The position numbers and the translations under genes are program-made. Below, one piece after another: positions 1 through 10,064 of a DNA stretch of 64,000 nt (its first letter is position 1; every line of letters starts with the position of its first letter). The notes beneath the pieces were generated by a model. That model did no database searches, had not been told where the DNA came from, and saw only the letters and a program-made list of their open reading frames with translations. The stretch is taken from NCBI GenBank assembly GCA_033549065.1, contig JAWSUE010000012.1, forward strand, positions 5,222-69,221, in the 5' to 3' direction. The DNA is from Bacillota bacterium. GTDB lineage: Bacteria; Bacillota; Dethiobacteria; DTU022.

Positions 1-678
1 TCCACAACAGATCTCTACAGGCTGTACAGAGGTCTGGACAGGCAAAAAGACCAGAGCTACATGCTTTATGTCCTCGGACAGAATGAATTGAAAGCCACTT
101 TGTTCCCGCTGGGTATGAAAACGAAGCAGGAAGTCCGAAAAATTGCTGAACAGCAGGAATTTAAAGTTGCTGATAAAGCGGAGAGCCAGGAAATTTGTTT
201 TATTCCCGATAATGATTATCGGGCTTTTCTGGAGCGGCAGAATCCCGACACCCTGTCGCCCGGGAATATCATTTCTACGGAAGGCCTGATACTCGGACGT
301 CATCACGGAATTGCATTTTACACGGTCGGCCAGAGAAAAGGCCTGGGCTTGACAACGGCTGAACCTTACTATGTGCTGAAAATCGATGCGGATAAAAACG
401 AAATAGTTGTCGGACCGGTCAGTGAAACATACTGCCGCGGTCTGATTGCTGAAAACCTTAACTTTATTGCCGGTAACCCTTTTCTGGAGCCTTTTGAGGT
501 AGATTTAAAAGTCCGCTACAGGGCGGCGGCGATCAAAGCTTTTTTATTCCCTCCGGATAACAGCCTGGCCAGGCTGGAGTTCGAAAAACCTCAGAAGTCG
601 GTAACTCCCGGTCAGTCAGCTGTTTTCTATCGCGGGGAAGAAGTACTTGGAGGAGGAATCATCAAGGAAGTTTTATAG
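1..678 (+). CDS. mnmA: tRNA 2-thiouridine(34) synthase MnmA, C-terminal part (5' end lies outside the window)
   Basis: The frame is open from position 1. The translated sequence matches the conserved central and C-terminal regions of MnmA/TrmU thiouridylases. Confidence 0.8.
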   Translation, partial: STTDLYRLYRGLDRQKDQSYMLYVLGQNELKATLFPLGMKTKQEVRKIAEQQEFKVADKAESQEICFIPDNDYRAFLERQNPDTLSPGNIISTEGLILGRHHGIAFYTVGQRKGLGLTTAEPYYVLKIDADKNEIVVGPVSETYCRGLIAENLNFIAGNPFLEPFEVDLKVRYRAAAIKAFLFPPDNSLARLEFEKPQKSVTPGQSAVFYRGEEVLGGGIIKEVL

Positions 679-785
679 CATCGAAGACTTGAGATGGCAC
701 GGGTAGTTTTTGCCTGTTCTACAGAAGGATCATAATGTTTCTTGTTGAACTTTTAATCTTAACCTCATAAATAAGGAGCGAGCAC

Positions 786-1646
786 ATGGTCACTATTAAG
801 ATTATTCAGCTTGAAGTTGATGATCACCAATCAAAGGCGGATCGATTCAGGAAAGTTGAAAATCATCTTGAATCAATCTACTGTGAGAATCCGCTGCCGG
901 ATATGATCATGCTCCCTGAAATCTGGGGTACCGGTTATTTCAACTTTGAACGCTACGAGAATGAAGCAGAGCCTTTGCAGGGTGAAACCTTCAATCTGGT
1001 TGCTCCCTGGGCAGAGAAAATTGGCTCTTATATTCTGGCAGGCAGCATTGTTGAACGCGAAGGAGACAATCTTTACAATACCGCAATATTGATCAGCCCC
1101 AACGGAACATTAGCCGGCTGTTACCGGAAAGTTCATCTATTCGGCTTCCAGTCCGAGGAGAGTGCTCTTTTATCACCGGGGGAAGAGATCTACACTTTGA
1201 AAACCAGGCATGGTACCTGGGGGTTCAGCACCTGCTACGACATGCGTTTTCCTGAACTATACAGAGAAATGATTAACTGTGATGTAGATACCATCTTTGT
1301 GATTGCTTCCTGGCCGCTGGCCCGTCTTGAACACTGGGAGCTTTTTAACAGGACCAGGGCTCTGGAGAATTTGAGTTACCTGGTCTCCTGTAATTGTGCC
1401 GGCAAACTGAAAGATTGCACCATGGCTGGTAACAGTATGGTTGTTGATCCCTGGGGTGAGGTTGTAACCAGGGCAGGGGAAGGCGAAGAGGTTTTGACGG
1501 CGGTTATAGACCCCGGAAAGGTATATACAGTAAGAACCAGTTTCCCCGCACTTGAAGATCGCTGTGTGCAGGTACCGCTGAGACCGATAAGCATGGGGCA
1601 AAACAAGAAAAAAAGAAAAAGAGGTAAAAAAATTGCAGCCCAATAA
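786..1646 (+). CDS. carbon-nitrogen hydrolase family protein (nitrilase/omega-amidase-like)
   Basis: The CN-hydrolase catalytic triad context is present (E in LPE, K in YRKVHLF, C in CYDMRFPE). An AAGGAG Shine-Dalgarno lies 7 nt upstream of the ATG. Confidence 0.8.
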   Translation: MVTIKIIQLEVDDHQSKADRFRKVENHLESIYCENPLPDMIMLPEIWGTGYFNFERYENEAEPLQGETFNLVAPWAEKIGSYILAGSIVEREGDNLYNTAILISPNGTLAGCYRKVHLFGFQSEESALLSPGEEIYTLKTRHGTWGFSTCYDMRFPELYREMINCDVDTIFVIASWPLARLEHWELFNRTRALENLSYLVSCNCAGKLKDCTMAGNSMVVDPWGEVVTRAGEGEEVLTAVIDPGKVYTVRTSFPALEDRCVQVPLRPISMGQNKKKRKRGKKIAAQ

Positions 1647-2862
1647 CCGTACTGATCCAAGACCAATCCAGCCTGCAGAGAGAATAAAAGAAATTGATAT
1701 CATCCGTGGGCTGGCCCTTTTCGGGATATTGATGGTTAACATGTCTTTTTTCAAATACCCTATATTCTTCGAGCGATATCCTTCAAACTTTCCAGCCGGC
1801 CTGGAACAGTTCAGCGCCATTATAATCCAGTTTGTTTTTACCGGTAAATTTTACGCCATATTCTCGTTTCTCTTCGGACTCGGTTTTTATATTTTCATGG
1901 AGAGAACTTTGAGTAAAGGCTTTGAGCTGGTTCCTTTATACAGGAGAAGGTTGTTTGCCCTGCTTCTCTTTGGAGCTGTTCACCTGGTGATCCTCTGGAC
2001 GGGAGACATTCTCTTTACCTATGCCCTGGTCGGCTTTTTATTGCTGAAGTTCAGGGACAAATCGCGGGAAGCGATCGGAAAATGGATAATCGGGCTATTC
2101 ATTACCACGCTTACTTTGTACAGTCTATTCGGGTTGATTAACGGTTATGGCGAATATTCTGCCGGTGACAGCTACCAGGCGATAATGAGCATGATGATTA
2201 ACGGCGCAATTGATGTTTACACCGGAGGCAGTTTTGGACAGTTGATTCTTTTCAGGGTGTTTAACGAACTCCCTTACGTAATAATCAGCATGGTTGTCTG
2301 GATTCCTGCTGTACTGGCCTTCTTTCTTTGCGGACTTTATGCCGGGAAAACCGGTATATTTAAAGACATCGGAAAGAATATCCCCCTGCTGACTAAAATC
2401 CGCAACCGTGGACTGGCCATTGGAGCTGTATTGATGTTAATCTACGGCTTGATCGATGCCGGCTTTATCCCCGTCGGGTTGATTGTCCGCCCCGCGCTTC
2501 TTTCAGCAGCAAACTACACGGCTTCAATATTCCTTTTTCCAGCCTACATATCTCTGGTGCTGATCGCCCTGCAGAGCGAATTCTGGAAGAAAATCCTTTC
2601 ACCGGTTGCTGCAGCCGGAAGGATGGCTCTGACCAATTATCTTGCCCAGACGCTGATTTGTATGATAATATTTTACGGTTGTGGATTCGGTTTTTTTGGA
2701 CAGGTAACATTGGCACAGGGTGTGCTGATTACAATAGCAATTTATCTTGCCCAGGTTATCTGGAGCAACATCTGGTATAAAAAATTCAGGTACGGTCCGA
2801 TGGAGTGGATCTGGAGGACAATGACCTATAAAAATCGACAACCTCTAAGAAACAGAGATTGA
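1633..2862 (+). CDS. DUF418/YeiB-like integral membrane protein
   Basis: Many predicted TM helices and an N-terminal IRGLALFGIL motif typical of the DUF418 family. TTG start with an AGAGGT SD; the gene overlaps the upstream gene by 14 nt. Confidence 0.6.
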   Translation: MQPNNRTDPRPIQPAERIKEIDIIRGLALFGILMVNMSFFKYPIFFERYPSNFPAGLEQFSAIIIQFVFTGKFYAIFSFLFGLGFYIFMERTLSKGFELVPLYRRRLFALLLFGAVHLVILWTGDILFTYALVGFLLLKFRDKSREAIGKWIIGLFITTLTLYSLFGLINGYGEYSAGDSYQAIMSMMINGAIDVYTGGSFGQLILFRVFNELPYVIISMVVWIPAVLAFFLCGLYAGKTGIFKDIGKNIPLLTKIRNRGLAIGAVLMLIYGLIDAGFIPVGLIVRPALLSAANYTASIFLFPAYISLVLIALQSEFWKKILSPVAAAGRMALTNYLAQTLICMIIFYGCGFGFFGQVTLAQGVLITIAIYLAQVIWSNIWYKKFRYGPMEWIWRTMTYKNRQPLRNRD

Positions 2863-2878
2863 AGGAGGATGAACAGAT

Positions 2879-4363
2879 ATGAGTCCGATAAAATTTCCCA
2901 GGCTCTCTGCCGAAGAAGCAGCGGCCATGATCGAGCATAACCAAACCGTTGCTTTCAGCGGGTTTACAGCAGCCGGTGCGGCAAAAGCAATTCCCCGTGC
3001 ACTGGCAAGACGCGCAAAGGAAATACATGCCAAAGGTGAACCGTTCAAATTAAATGTTCTCACCGGAGCTTCCACCGGCAGTCTCGATGAAGTTTTGGCC
3101 GAAGCTGAAGCTGTTGCCTGGCGAGCACCATACCAATCTTCGAAGACTATGCGCGAACAGATCAATCAGAATAAGATTGAATTTACCGATATGCACCTCT
3201 CCCACCTGCCCCAGGCGGTCATGTTCGGGTTTTTGGGCAATGTCGACTGGGCTGTTATCGAAGCTGCAGAGATCACGGCTGATGGAAGGATCTATTTATC
3301 CACTTCTATCGGGGCCTCGCCGACATTTTTACGTTGTGCCGAAAAAGTGATTATCGAGTTAAACCGTTATCACTCGGTTCGGTTAAGTGAAATGGCCGAT
3401 ATTACTATAATGCCGCCGCCGCCAAACCGGAGCCCCATCCCCATCTACGATCCGCTAAACAAGATCGGCTTACCCTATGCGACAGTTGATCCGAAAAAGA
3501 TTGTAGCCGTGATCGACAATAACGAGCCGGACGGGATGAAACCGTTGGTTGAACCTGACGAAATCAGTAGAAAAATTGCTCACCAGGTGGTCGATTTTCT
3601 TTTAGATGAGCAGAGAGCCGGTCGTATACCTTCAGAGTTTCTTCCCCTTCAGGCCGGTGTAGGAAATATTGCCAATGCGGTGATGAGCTGCCTGGGTGAC
3701 GATCCTGATATACCTCCCTTCAACATGTACACTGAGGTTTTTCAGGATGGCCTGATCGATCTGATGGAGCAGGGGCAGCTAACCGGAGCGAGCACCTGCA
3801 GCCTGACAGTTTCGGATGATAACCTGCAGAGGATCTACAGCAATATGGATTTCTTTACCCAGAGGATTGTCCTCCGCCCTCAGGAACTTTCAAACAACCC
3901 GGGTGTTATCAGAAGACTGGGAGTAATCGCCCTCAACACGGCGCTTGAATTTGACCTGAACGGCCATGCCAATTCAACTCACGTTTGCGGGACGGAACTG
4001 GTAAACGGGATCGGCGGCAGCGGTGACTTTACCCGCAATGCCTATCTCTCAATTTTTATGGCTCCCTCAGCCGTCAAGGGTGGACGGATATCTACCGTTG
4101 TGCCAATGGTCACTCATCCCGATCATAACGAGCATTCCGTCCAGGTTTTTGTCACCGAACATGGGCTGGCCGATCTGCGCGGACTGGGTCCGACCGAGAA
4201 GACAAGAAGGATCATCAATAAATGTGCCCACCCTGACTACCGGGATTACCTGCACCGCTACGTGTCCGACTCCCCATCCGGCCATATCAGCCAGAACCTG
4301 AAAAAATGTTTTGAGCTGCACATCAGCCTGCAGGAAAAGGGCACCATGAAATTCTGGGAATAA
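2879..4363 (+). CDS. acetyl-CoA hydrolase/transferase family protein (succinyl-CoA:acetate / propionyl-CoA:succinate CoA-transferase-like)
   Basis: 494 aa with full-length similarity to the Cat1/ScpC/Ach1 CoA-transferase family. A GAAGGAGG SD lies upstream. Confidence 0.8.
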   Translation: MSPIKFPRLSAEEAAAMIEHNQTVAFSGFTAAGAAKAIPRALARRAKEIHAKGEPFKLNVLTGASTGSLDEVLAEAEAVAWRAPYQSSKTMREQINQNKIEFTDMHLSHLPQAVMFGFLGNVDWAVIEAAEITADGRIYLSTSIGASPTFLRCAEKVIIELNRYHSVRLSEMADITIMPPPPNRSPIPIYDPLNKIGLPYATVDPKKIVAVIDNNEPDGMKPLVEPDEISRKIAHQVVDFLLDEQRAGRIPSEFLPLQAGVGNIANAVMSCLGDDPDIPPFNMYTEVFQDGLIDLMEQGQLTGASTCSLTVSDDNLQRIYSNMDFFTQRIVLRPQELSNNPGVIRRLGVIALNTALEFDLNGHANSTHVCGTELVNGIGGSGDFTRNAYLSIFMAPSAVKGGRISTVVPMVTHPDHNEHSVQVFVTEHGLADLRGLGPTEKTRRIINKCAHPDYRDYLHRYVSDSPSGHISQNLKKCFELHISLQEKGTMKFWE

Positions 4364-4490
4364 TTTCGGGACACATTAGTTAATTATATTTTCTGATAAT
4401 TTGGCAGCACTATTTACTGCTGATCATTTAGTACTATTTATTGGTTACCCTATTATTTGGAGAAATTGCTAAAATCGGGAGGCAGATCTA

Positions 4491-5327
4491 ATGAAAAGAT
4501 TGGTTGGGAAAGTTGCCCTGGTTACCGGAGCCGGACGGGAAAAGGGAATTGGTTTTACCTGCGCCCGGCGTTTGGCTGAAGAAGGCGCTTCAGTAGCTTT
4601 GGCCGACCTGGCCGTATTGTCAGAACAGGGCAGGGGTAGTGACGAAACTGAAAACCAGTTATATGATCTGACTGAGATAATCAGTGATATGGGTGTTGGA
4701 GCGCTGGCCATAGAGGTTGATGTAACCGATCCTGATTCCGTACAGAAAATGATCGAACAAGTAAAGGACAAATTCGGACGTCTTGATATACTGGTGAATA
4801 ATGCCGGGACAATAATCGACCCTGCACCGCTGGCTCTCACTGATCCGGAAGCCTGGAGAAAAACGATTGAAGTGAACCTGACGGGAACCATGCTCTGCTG
4901 CCGGGCGGCCGCACCGTTGATGATGTGTAACGAGGAAGGCGGAAAAATTATCAACATGTCTTCACGGGCAGCTCGCAGCGGGGCAATCTGGATGCATGCA
5001 TACTGCGCATCGAAAGCGGGAGTGATCGGTTTAACCCGTTCTATGTCTCTTGAGCTGGCTCCCTTTAAAATTTGTGTCAATGCCTTATGTCCCGGAGAAA
5101 TCGATACTGAGATGAAACGGTGGGGTTGGGGTAAGGAAGCCACGATAAAAGGCAAAACTGTAGAAGAGATAGCCGATGAAGCAGCAAAAGCTACCCCGCT
5201 GGGCAGGGTTGGCACTGCTGAAGATGTTGCCGCTGCAGTAGCTTTTTTTGCCTCCCCCGATGCTGACTATATGACCGGAGAGATTTTGAATATTACAGGT
5301 GGAAACGGAATACGTCCTCTACTTTAG
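4491..5327 (+). CDS. SDR family NAD(P)-dependent oxidoreductase
   Basis: Gly-rich TGAGxxxGIG cofactor motif, NNAG, and the YxxxK catalytic motif (YCASK). A GGGAGG SD lies 8 nt upstream. Confidence 0.85.
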   Translation: MKRLVGKVALVTGAGREKGIGFTCARRLAEEGASVALADLAVLSEQGRGSDETENQLYDLTEIISDMGVGALAIEVDVTDPDSVQKMIEQVKDKFGRLDILVNNAGTIIDPAPLALTDPEAWRKTIEVNLTGTMLCCRAAAPLMMCNEEGGKIINMSSRAARSGAIWMHAYCASKAGVIGLTRSMSLELAPFKICVNALCPGEIDTEMKRWGWGKEATIKGKTVEEIADEAAKATPLGRVGTAEDVAAAVAFFASPDADYMTGEILNITGGNGIRPLL

Positions 5328-5397
5328 AAATCTTTAAATAAATTGCCCGGTAGTTTATCCAGGAGATAAGATACCCAAAGTGAGCAGGAGGTTTTTC

Positions 5398-6459
5398 ATG
5401 AGTTTTTACAGGGAAATCAGCAGCCTCTTGAAAGAAGGAAAACCGTCAGTACTGGTTACAGTAATCTCCAGTGATAAAAATTATGATTTAATCGGCAAGC
5501 AGTTGGTGATCAGCGAAGGTAAGATTTTGTACAGTAATGTTAATCAAATGCTGGCCGAAGTGATCTATCAAATAGTTTCGCCAATCGCCGAAGGCGGAGA
5601 AAATTTCACACTCAAAACAGAGCTACCCTCCGGTGATCAGATAGAAGTATTTATCCATGCTTATTCGCCCCATCCCCGCTTGATAATTCTAGGAGGCGGC
5701 CATATTGGGGCTGCTCTCTGCCGGATCGCCTCCAATCTCGATTTTGAAATTATTCTTATCGATGATCGGCCTGCCTTTGCTTCCCGGGAACTGCATCCTC
5801 ATGCCCACCGGTTGATCTGCGAACACTTTGGCGATGCCCTTGACTCTATTGAATCGACTTTCGCCGATTACATTGTGATTGTAACCAGGGGTCATAAACA
5901 TGACCGGTATTGCCTGGAGAAATCGCTGGGGCGGAAAGCGGCATATATCGGTATGATCGGCAGTAAGAGCAGGGTGCGTGCCCAGCTCAACGAATTAAGA
6001 GAATTAGGGTATACGGAAGAAGAGCTTTCCCGGGTTCATTCTCCCATCGGCCTGCCCATCGGCGCGGTCAGTGAAGGAGAAATTGCCATCAGCATACTGG
6101 CCGAGATAATACAGGAAAGAAGAAGCACAAGCAGTGATGAAGCGATCCAACAGGATATCCTTCAAGAGCTGGTTCGCATCGAAGAAGACAAACAGAAAGC
6201 GGCCCTGGTAACCCTGGTTAAAACTCTCGGTTCAACACCCAGAAAAACAGGATCACAACTTCTGATTTTTCCTGATGGTTCGCTAAAGGGAACTATAGGT
6301 GGGGGTTGTTCGGAAGCCGGAGTAAGGCAGGAAGCTCTCACCCGTTTGGATCATCAAGAGCAGGGAGTTATGCGCCTTGATTTAACCGGGGATGTAGCCG
6401 CAGATGAAGGAATGGCCTGTGGAGGGATTATGGAAATCTTTATCGAACTGCTACCATAA
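5398..6459 (+). CDS. XdhC/CoxI family molybdenum/tungsten-cofactor insertion accessory protein
   Basis: A central Rossmann-like segment (LIILGGGHIGAAL) is flanked by XdhC_CoxI-like segments. I prefer the second in-frame ATG at 5398, which has a GCAGGAGG SD 5 nt upstream, over the ATG at 5380. Confidence 0.65.
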   Translation: MSFYREISSLLKEGKPSVLVTVISSDKNYDLIGKQLVISEGKILYSNVNQMLAEVIYQIVSPIAEGGENFTLKTELPSGDQIEVFIHAYSPHPRLIILGGGHIGAALCRIASNLDFEIILIDDRPAFASRELHPHAHRLICEHFGDALDSIESTFADYIVIVTRGHKHDRYCLEKSLGRKAAYIGMIGSKSRVRAQLNELRELGYTEEELSRVHSPIGLPIGAVSEGEIAISILAEIIQERRSTSSDEAIQQDILQELVRIEEDKQKAALVTLVKTLGSTPRKTGSQLLIFPDGSLKGTIGGGCSEAGVRQEALTRLDHQEQGVMRLDLTGDVAADEGMACGGIMEIFIELLP

Positions 6460-6497
6460 ATATAGCCAGGGTAATTATATGATAAAGGAGTATTAAA

Positions 6498-8531
6498 ATG
6501 ACCGAAAAAGCCAAACCAGCTATTTCATTCTTTTCGAAAATTAGATTTCTTCGCCAGTCAAGAGCACTCATGGCTCTCATAATTTTTTTCTTATTTTTCC
6601 TGGCAACCGGAGCATCAGCAGAAGACGAAATATATTTTACCATTTTGCATACCAATGATGAACACAGTGCCTTGATTCCACACTCACCGGCTATTGATTA
6701 TCACCCCGAAAGGGATAATCCAACAGTTGGTGGATTTGCCCGTTTGGCTTCCGCGGTCAATCAGATCAGGGAGGATCGCGAAGCCGTCGGCCAACCGGTT
6801 TTACTCTTTTCAGCAGGGGACTATATGGGTGAGTCGCCTTTTAGCTGGCTTATCCCATTGGGTCTGGCTCCGGAACTGAACCTGATGCAGTTGATCGGTT
6901 ATGATGCAGCAGTTATCGGTAACCATGAATATGATTATGGTCCCGATATTCTGGCAAAATACCTCCTTGAGGCCGGTTATCCGGCAGCTCATGATAAAAC
7001 CGTGATCATTGCTTCAAATACGGTTGCTCCTTCCGATCACCCGCTTGCCCGGGATGGATTATACCGGAGCAACCATCTTATTACCCTCGACAACGGACTC
7101 GTAATCGGAATTTTTGGTTTGATCGGAGAACAGGCTATCTCTTATACAACAGCCAATGAGCCGGTTGAGTTTGCCGATCAGCATGAAACTGCCCGGCAGA
7201 TGATCGAAGAACTGCAGCAGCAGGGAGCAGATGTGATTATTGCCATTACACACTCCCGGGTTGAAGAAGATCAGGAGCTGGCTCGCGAAGTACCGGGTAT
7301 TCACCTTATAATCGGCGGTCATTCACATACAGTTCTTGAAGAGCCGGTTATCGAAAACGGGGTGATCATTGTCCAGGCCGGCTCACAGCTTCAATATCTT
7401 GGACAGCTGGAACTCGCCTTCAATACAGGCTCAGGCGAGTTAAGGCTTCGTAACGCTGAGGTCAATGATCCTTACCTTATCCCCCTGGATCACAACATAC
7501 CGATTAATCCCGAGATCAATGAACTGATCGAGCAGTATACTGCGGAACTGAACTACATCATCGCAGCTCGGACTGACGGTAAGTTTCAGCATATACTGGA
7601 TACGGTTATGCTGTCGAACTTCGAACTCTCAAACAAACCGCCTCTCAAGGAGTCGTCCTTTGGCAACTTTGTATCAGATGCCATGCGCCTTATAACGGAG
7701 GAGAAAATTGGCCGGAAGGTAGATTTTGCGATTCAGGCAAACGGGGCAATCAGGGGTAGTGTCAACCCCGGTACCATGCCGCATTCGATGGGAAAAGTTT
7801 CTGTCTATGATCTAGTTCAACAGGTTGGTCTCGGCATTGGTCCCGATGGCGAAGCGGGTTATTCTTTGGTTGCGGCTTACCTTACCGGGGAAGAAATCCG
7901 GCGCGCCCTGGAGGTGGCGGTTCTTCTTTCTGATATGATGGGGGATACTTTCTTCCTCCAGTTTTCCGGATTGCGTTATGACTATAATCCACAAAACGCC
8001 ATACTTTTCACCGTACCCATTATGGATTTGCCCATCCCGACAACAAGGGCAGTGATCAGTGCTGAAAGGTATACCGGTGACGGCAGGCAGGGTAATGATG
8101 ATAGTCAGTACCAGCCCATTGAACGGGGCGACGAGCAACTTTACTGCCTGGTAACCGATTCTTATATTGTATCTTTTCTGCCAATGGTTGGTGAGCTGCT
8201 GCCGCAGCTTGAGCTGGTCTTGAAAGACAGTGAAGGAAATCCTGTACCCGAAGATGAATTTGACAGGCTTGTAGTCAGGGTCGATGGGAAGGAGATAAAG
8301 GTCTGGGAGGCTGTTCTGGAATATGCAGCGGCACAAACGGTCGGCAATTCGGGATTACCGGAAATCGATTCATATTACTCATCAACAGGAGGCAGGATCA
8401 ACCCTTCCCGTTCATTCCCCCTGGTTATCCTCCCGATTCTACTTCTGTTACTTATCATCTTCGGAATCTATATGCTGATCAGAAAAATAAGAAGTCGCAG
8501 AAAAACCCGTAAAAGTCGTGAGGTAGAATAA
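6498..8531 (+). CDS. bifunctional metallophosphatase/5'-nucleotidase family protein with signal peptide and C-terminal TM anchor
   Basis: N-terminal hydrophobic signal, an ILHTNDEHS metallophosphoesterase motif, a 5'-nucleotidase C-terminal domain, a hydrophobic C-terminal helix and a basic tail. Confidence 0.8.
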   Translation: MTEKAKPAISFFSKIRFLRQSRALMALIIFFLFFLATGASAEDEIYFTILHTNDEHSALIPHSPAIDYHPERDNPTVGGFARLASAVNQIREDREAVGQPVLLFSAGDYMGESPFSWLIPLGLAPELNLMQLIGYDAAVIGNHEYDYGPDILAKYLLEAGYPAAHDKTVIIASNTVAPSDHPLARDGLYRSNHLITLDNGLVIGIFGLIGEQAISYTTANEPVEFADQHETARQMIEELQQQGADVIIAITHSRVEEDQELAREVPGIHLIIGGHSHTVLEEPVIENGVIIVQAGSQLQYLGQLELAFNTGSGELRLRNAEVNDPYLIPLDHNIPINPEINELIEQYTAELNYIIAARTDGKFQHILDTVMLSNFELSNKPPLKESSFGNFVSDAMRLITEEKIGRKVDFAIQANGAIRGSVNPGTMPHSMGKVSVYDLVQQVGLGIGPDGEAGYSLVAAYLTGEEIRRALEVAVLLSDMMGDTFFLQFSGLRYDYNPQNAILFTVPIMDLPIPTTRAVISAERYTGDGRQGNDDSQYQPIERGDEQLYCLVTDSYIVSFLPMVGELLPQLELVLKDSEGNPVPEDEFDRLVVRVDGKEIKVWEAVLEYAAAQTVGNSGLPEIDSYYSSTGGRINPSRSFPLVILPILLLLLIIFGIYMLIRKIRSRRKTRKSREVE

Positions 8532-9998
8532 ATGGATAAAGATCAAAATAGAAGGAATGTCCAGCCGGTTAAATTTTCAAAAAAGGTGGACTGGCTGGAT
8601 CCAAATCAGGTTGCCACCATACATCAGGCTTCAGTGGATATATTAAGCAAGATCGGAATCAAGATGCCCCACCCAAAAGTTCAACAAATACTGGGTCAGG
8701 CAGGTGCAAGAACTAACAGCACAAGCGGAAAAGTATATATCCCCGAAAAGTTAATTGAAGAGGCCATAAAAAAGGCTCCACAGACTTTTACCCTGGCTGC
8801 CAGGAACCCGGTTAATGACCTGCCGGTTAATGGTGAGTTTGGATACCTTTCGTTAGATGGGAGCGGGCTGCAGGTAATAGACCTGACCAGTGGAGAACTG
8901 CGCAGGTCAACATTGAAGGATCTTGAGGAAGCAGTTACTGTTGCCGATTATTTGAAAGAGATTTCTTTTCTCTGGCCGGTTATCAGCGCCCAGGATCGTC
9001 CCAAGAAGAAACAGCCGCTTTATGAATTATACGCCCAGCTGGCCAATTCAACAAAACATGTCCAGGCGATGACTGCGGTTGATCCTGAAGCGGCAGAAGG
9101 TTCAATCAGAATTGCCAAAGCAGTTGCCGGAAGCTCCGCGGCTCTGCGAAACCGTCCGATAATCTCTAATTTCCAGTGCAGCATCAGTCCCCTTGCTTAC
9201 GATCCTGAAGGGCTGGAAGCAGCAATGATCTTTGCCGATGCCGGTATACCAACCGGTTTTTTAACGATGCAGATCGGCTGTTCAACAGCTCCGGCAACCC
9301 TGGCCGGCAGTCTGGCCCAGGCTAATGCTGAAATCCTGGCCGGGATTGTCTTCCTCCAAACATATAAACCAGGCTGCCCGACTTTTTACGGTTCATGTGC
9401 CACAGTAATGGAACTGCATTCCGGAGCAGTTTGCTGTGGAGGCCCCGAAGACTTTTTGCTGCAGGCAATGTCTGCCCAGATGGCGCGCTACTATAATCTG
9501 CCTTCGAATATCGGCACCTTTGCCACCGGTGCTAAAGCATCAAACTGGCATGCCGGAGTTGAAAATGCCCTTTCGGGGATGTCAAGCATAATGGCCGGTG
9601 CTGATATGATGTGCGGGGCAGGGTTACTGGCCGGAGCATTAATATTTTCCTTCGAGCAGCTTTTGATGGACTGTGAGATATTTGAAATTATCAGGCGTTC
9701 AACCGAAAAGATTATTGTCGATGAAAATACTTTGGCTCTGGAGACAATTGCCGCTGTGGGATCTGACGACCATTTCATGGTTGAACCGCATACCCTGAAG
9801 CATATGCGGGAACTCTGGCAGCCTGCAGTAATGAACCGCAGTCCTTATGGCAAATGGCAGACTGAAGGCTGTCGTGAAGCTGAAGAAAATGCCCGGGAAA
9901 AGGCCTGGTGGATTCTTGAAAATCACAAGCCTGATCAGCTTGACGATAAGCTTAAGGCTGAAATTATAAACATAATCGAAGATCATAGCCAGCACTAG
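8532..9998 (+). CDS. MttB-superfamily (trimethylamine methyltransferase family) methyltransferase, pyrrolysine-free paralog 1
   Basis: 488 aa with full-length MttB-family similarity and no in-frame amber codon. The ATG immediately follows the stop of the upstream gene, and a GAGGT SD is present. Confidence 0.85.
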   Translation: MDKDQNRRNVQPVKFSKKVDWLDPNQVATIHQASVDILSKIGIKMPHPKVQQILGQAGARTNSTSGKVYIPEKLIEEAIKKAPQTFTLAARNPVNDLPVNGEFGYLSLDGSGLQVIDLTSGELRRSTLKDLEEAVTVADYLKEISFLWPVISAQDRPKKKQPLYELYAQLANSTKHVQAMTAVDPEAAEGSIRIAKAVAGSSAALRNRPIISNFQCSISPLAYDPEGLEAAMIFADAGIPTGFLTMQIGCSTAPATLAGSLAQANAEILAGIVFLQTYKPGCPTFYGSCATVMELHSGAVCCGGPEDFLLQAMSAQMARYYNLPSNIGTFATGAKASNWHAGVENALSGMSSIMAGADMMCGAGLLAGALIFSFEQLLMDCEIFEIIRRSTEKIIVDENTLALETIAAVGSDDHFMVEPHTLKHMRELWQPAVMNRSPYGKWQTEGCREAEENAREKAWWILENHKPDQLDDKLKAEIINIIEDHSQH

Positions 9999-10064
9999 AT
10001 AGACATGCTGCAGGAATTATGCTACTTTAGACCATATCACATCATAAGAGCGGAGCTGATATAA

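Noticed and set aside
1257-1820. Long antisense ORFs opposite well-supported genes (for example 1257..1820-, 4469..5215-, 14725..15147-, 23293..23733-, 55461..55904-, 12998..13423-)
   Set aside because: They lie entirely within better-supported genes on the other strand, have no SD sequences or homology, and the MORN and sigma-54-gene antisense frames look like low-complexity shadow ORFs. I treat them as non-coding.
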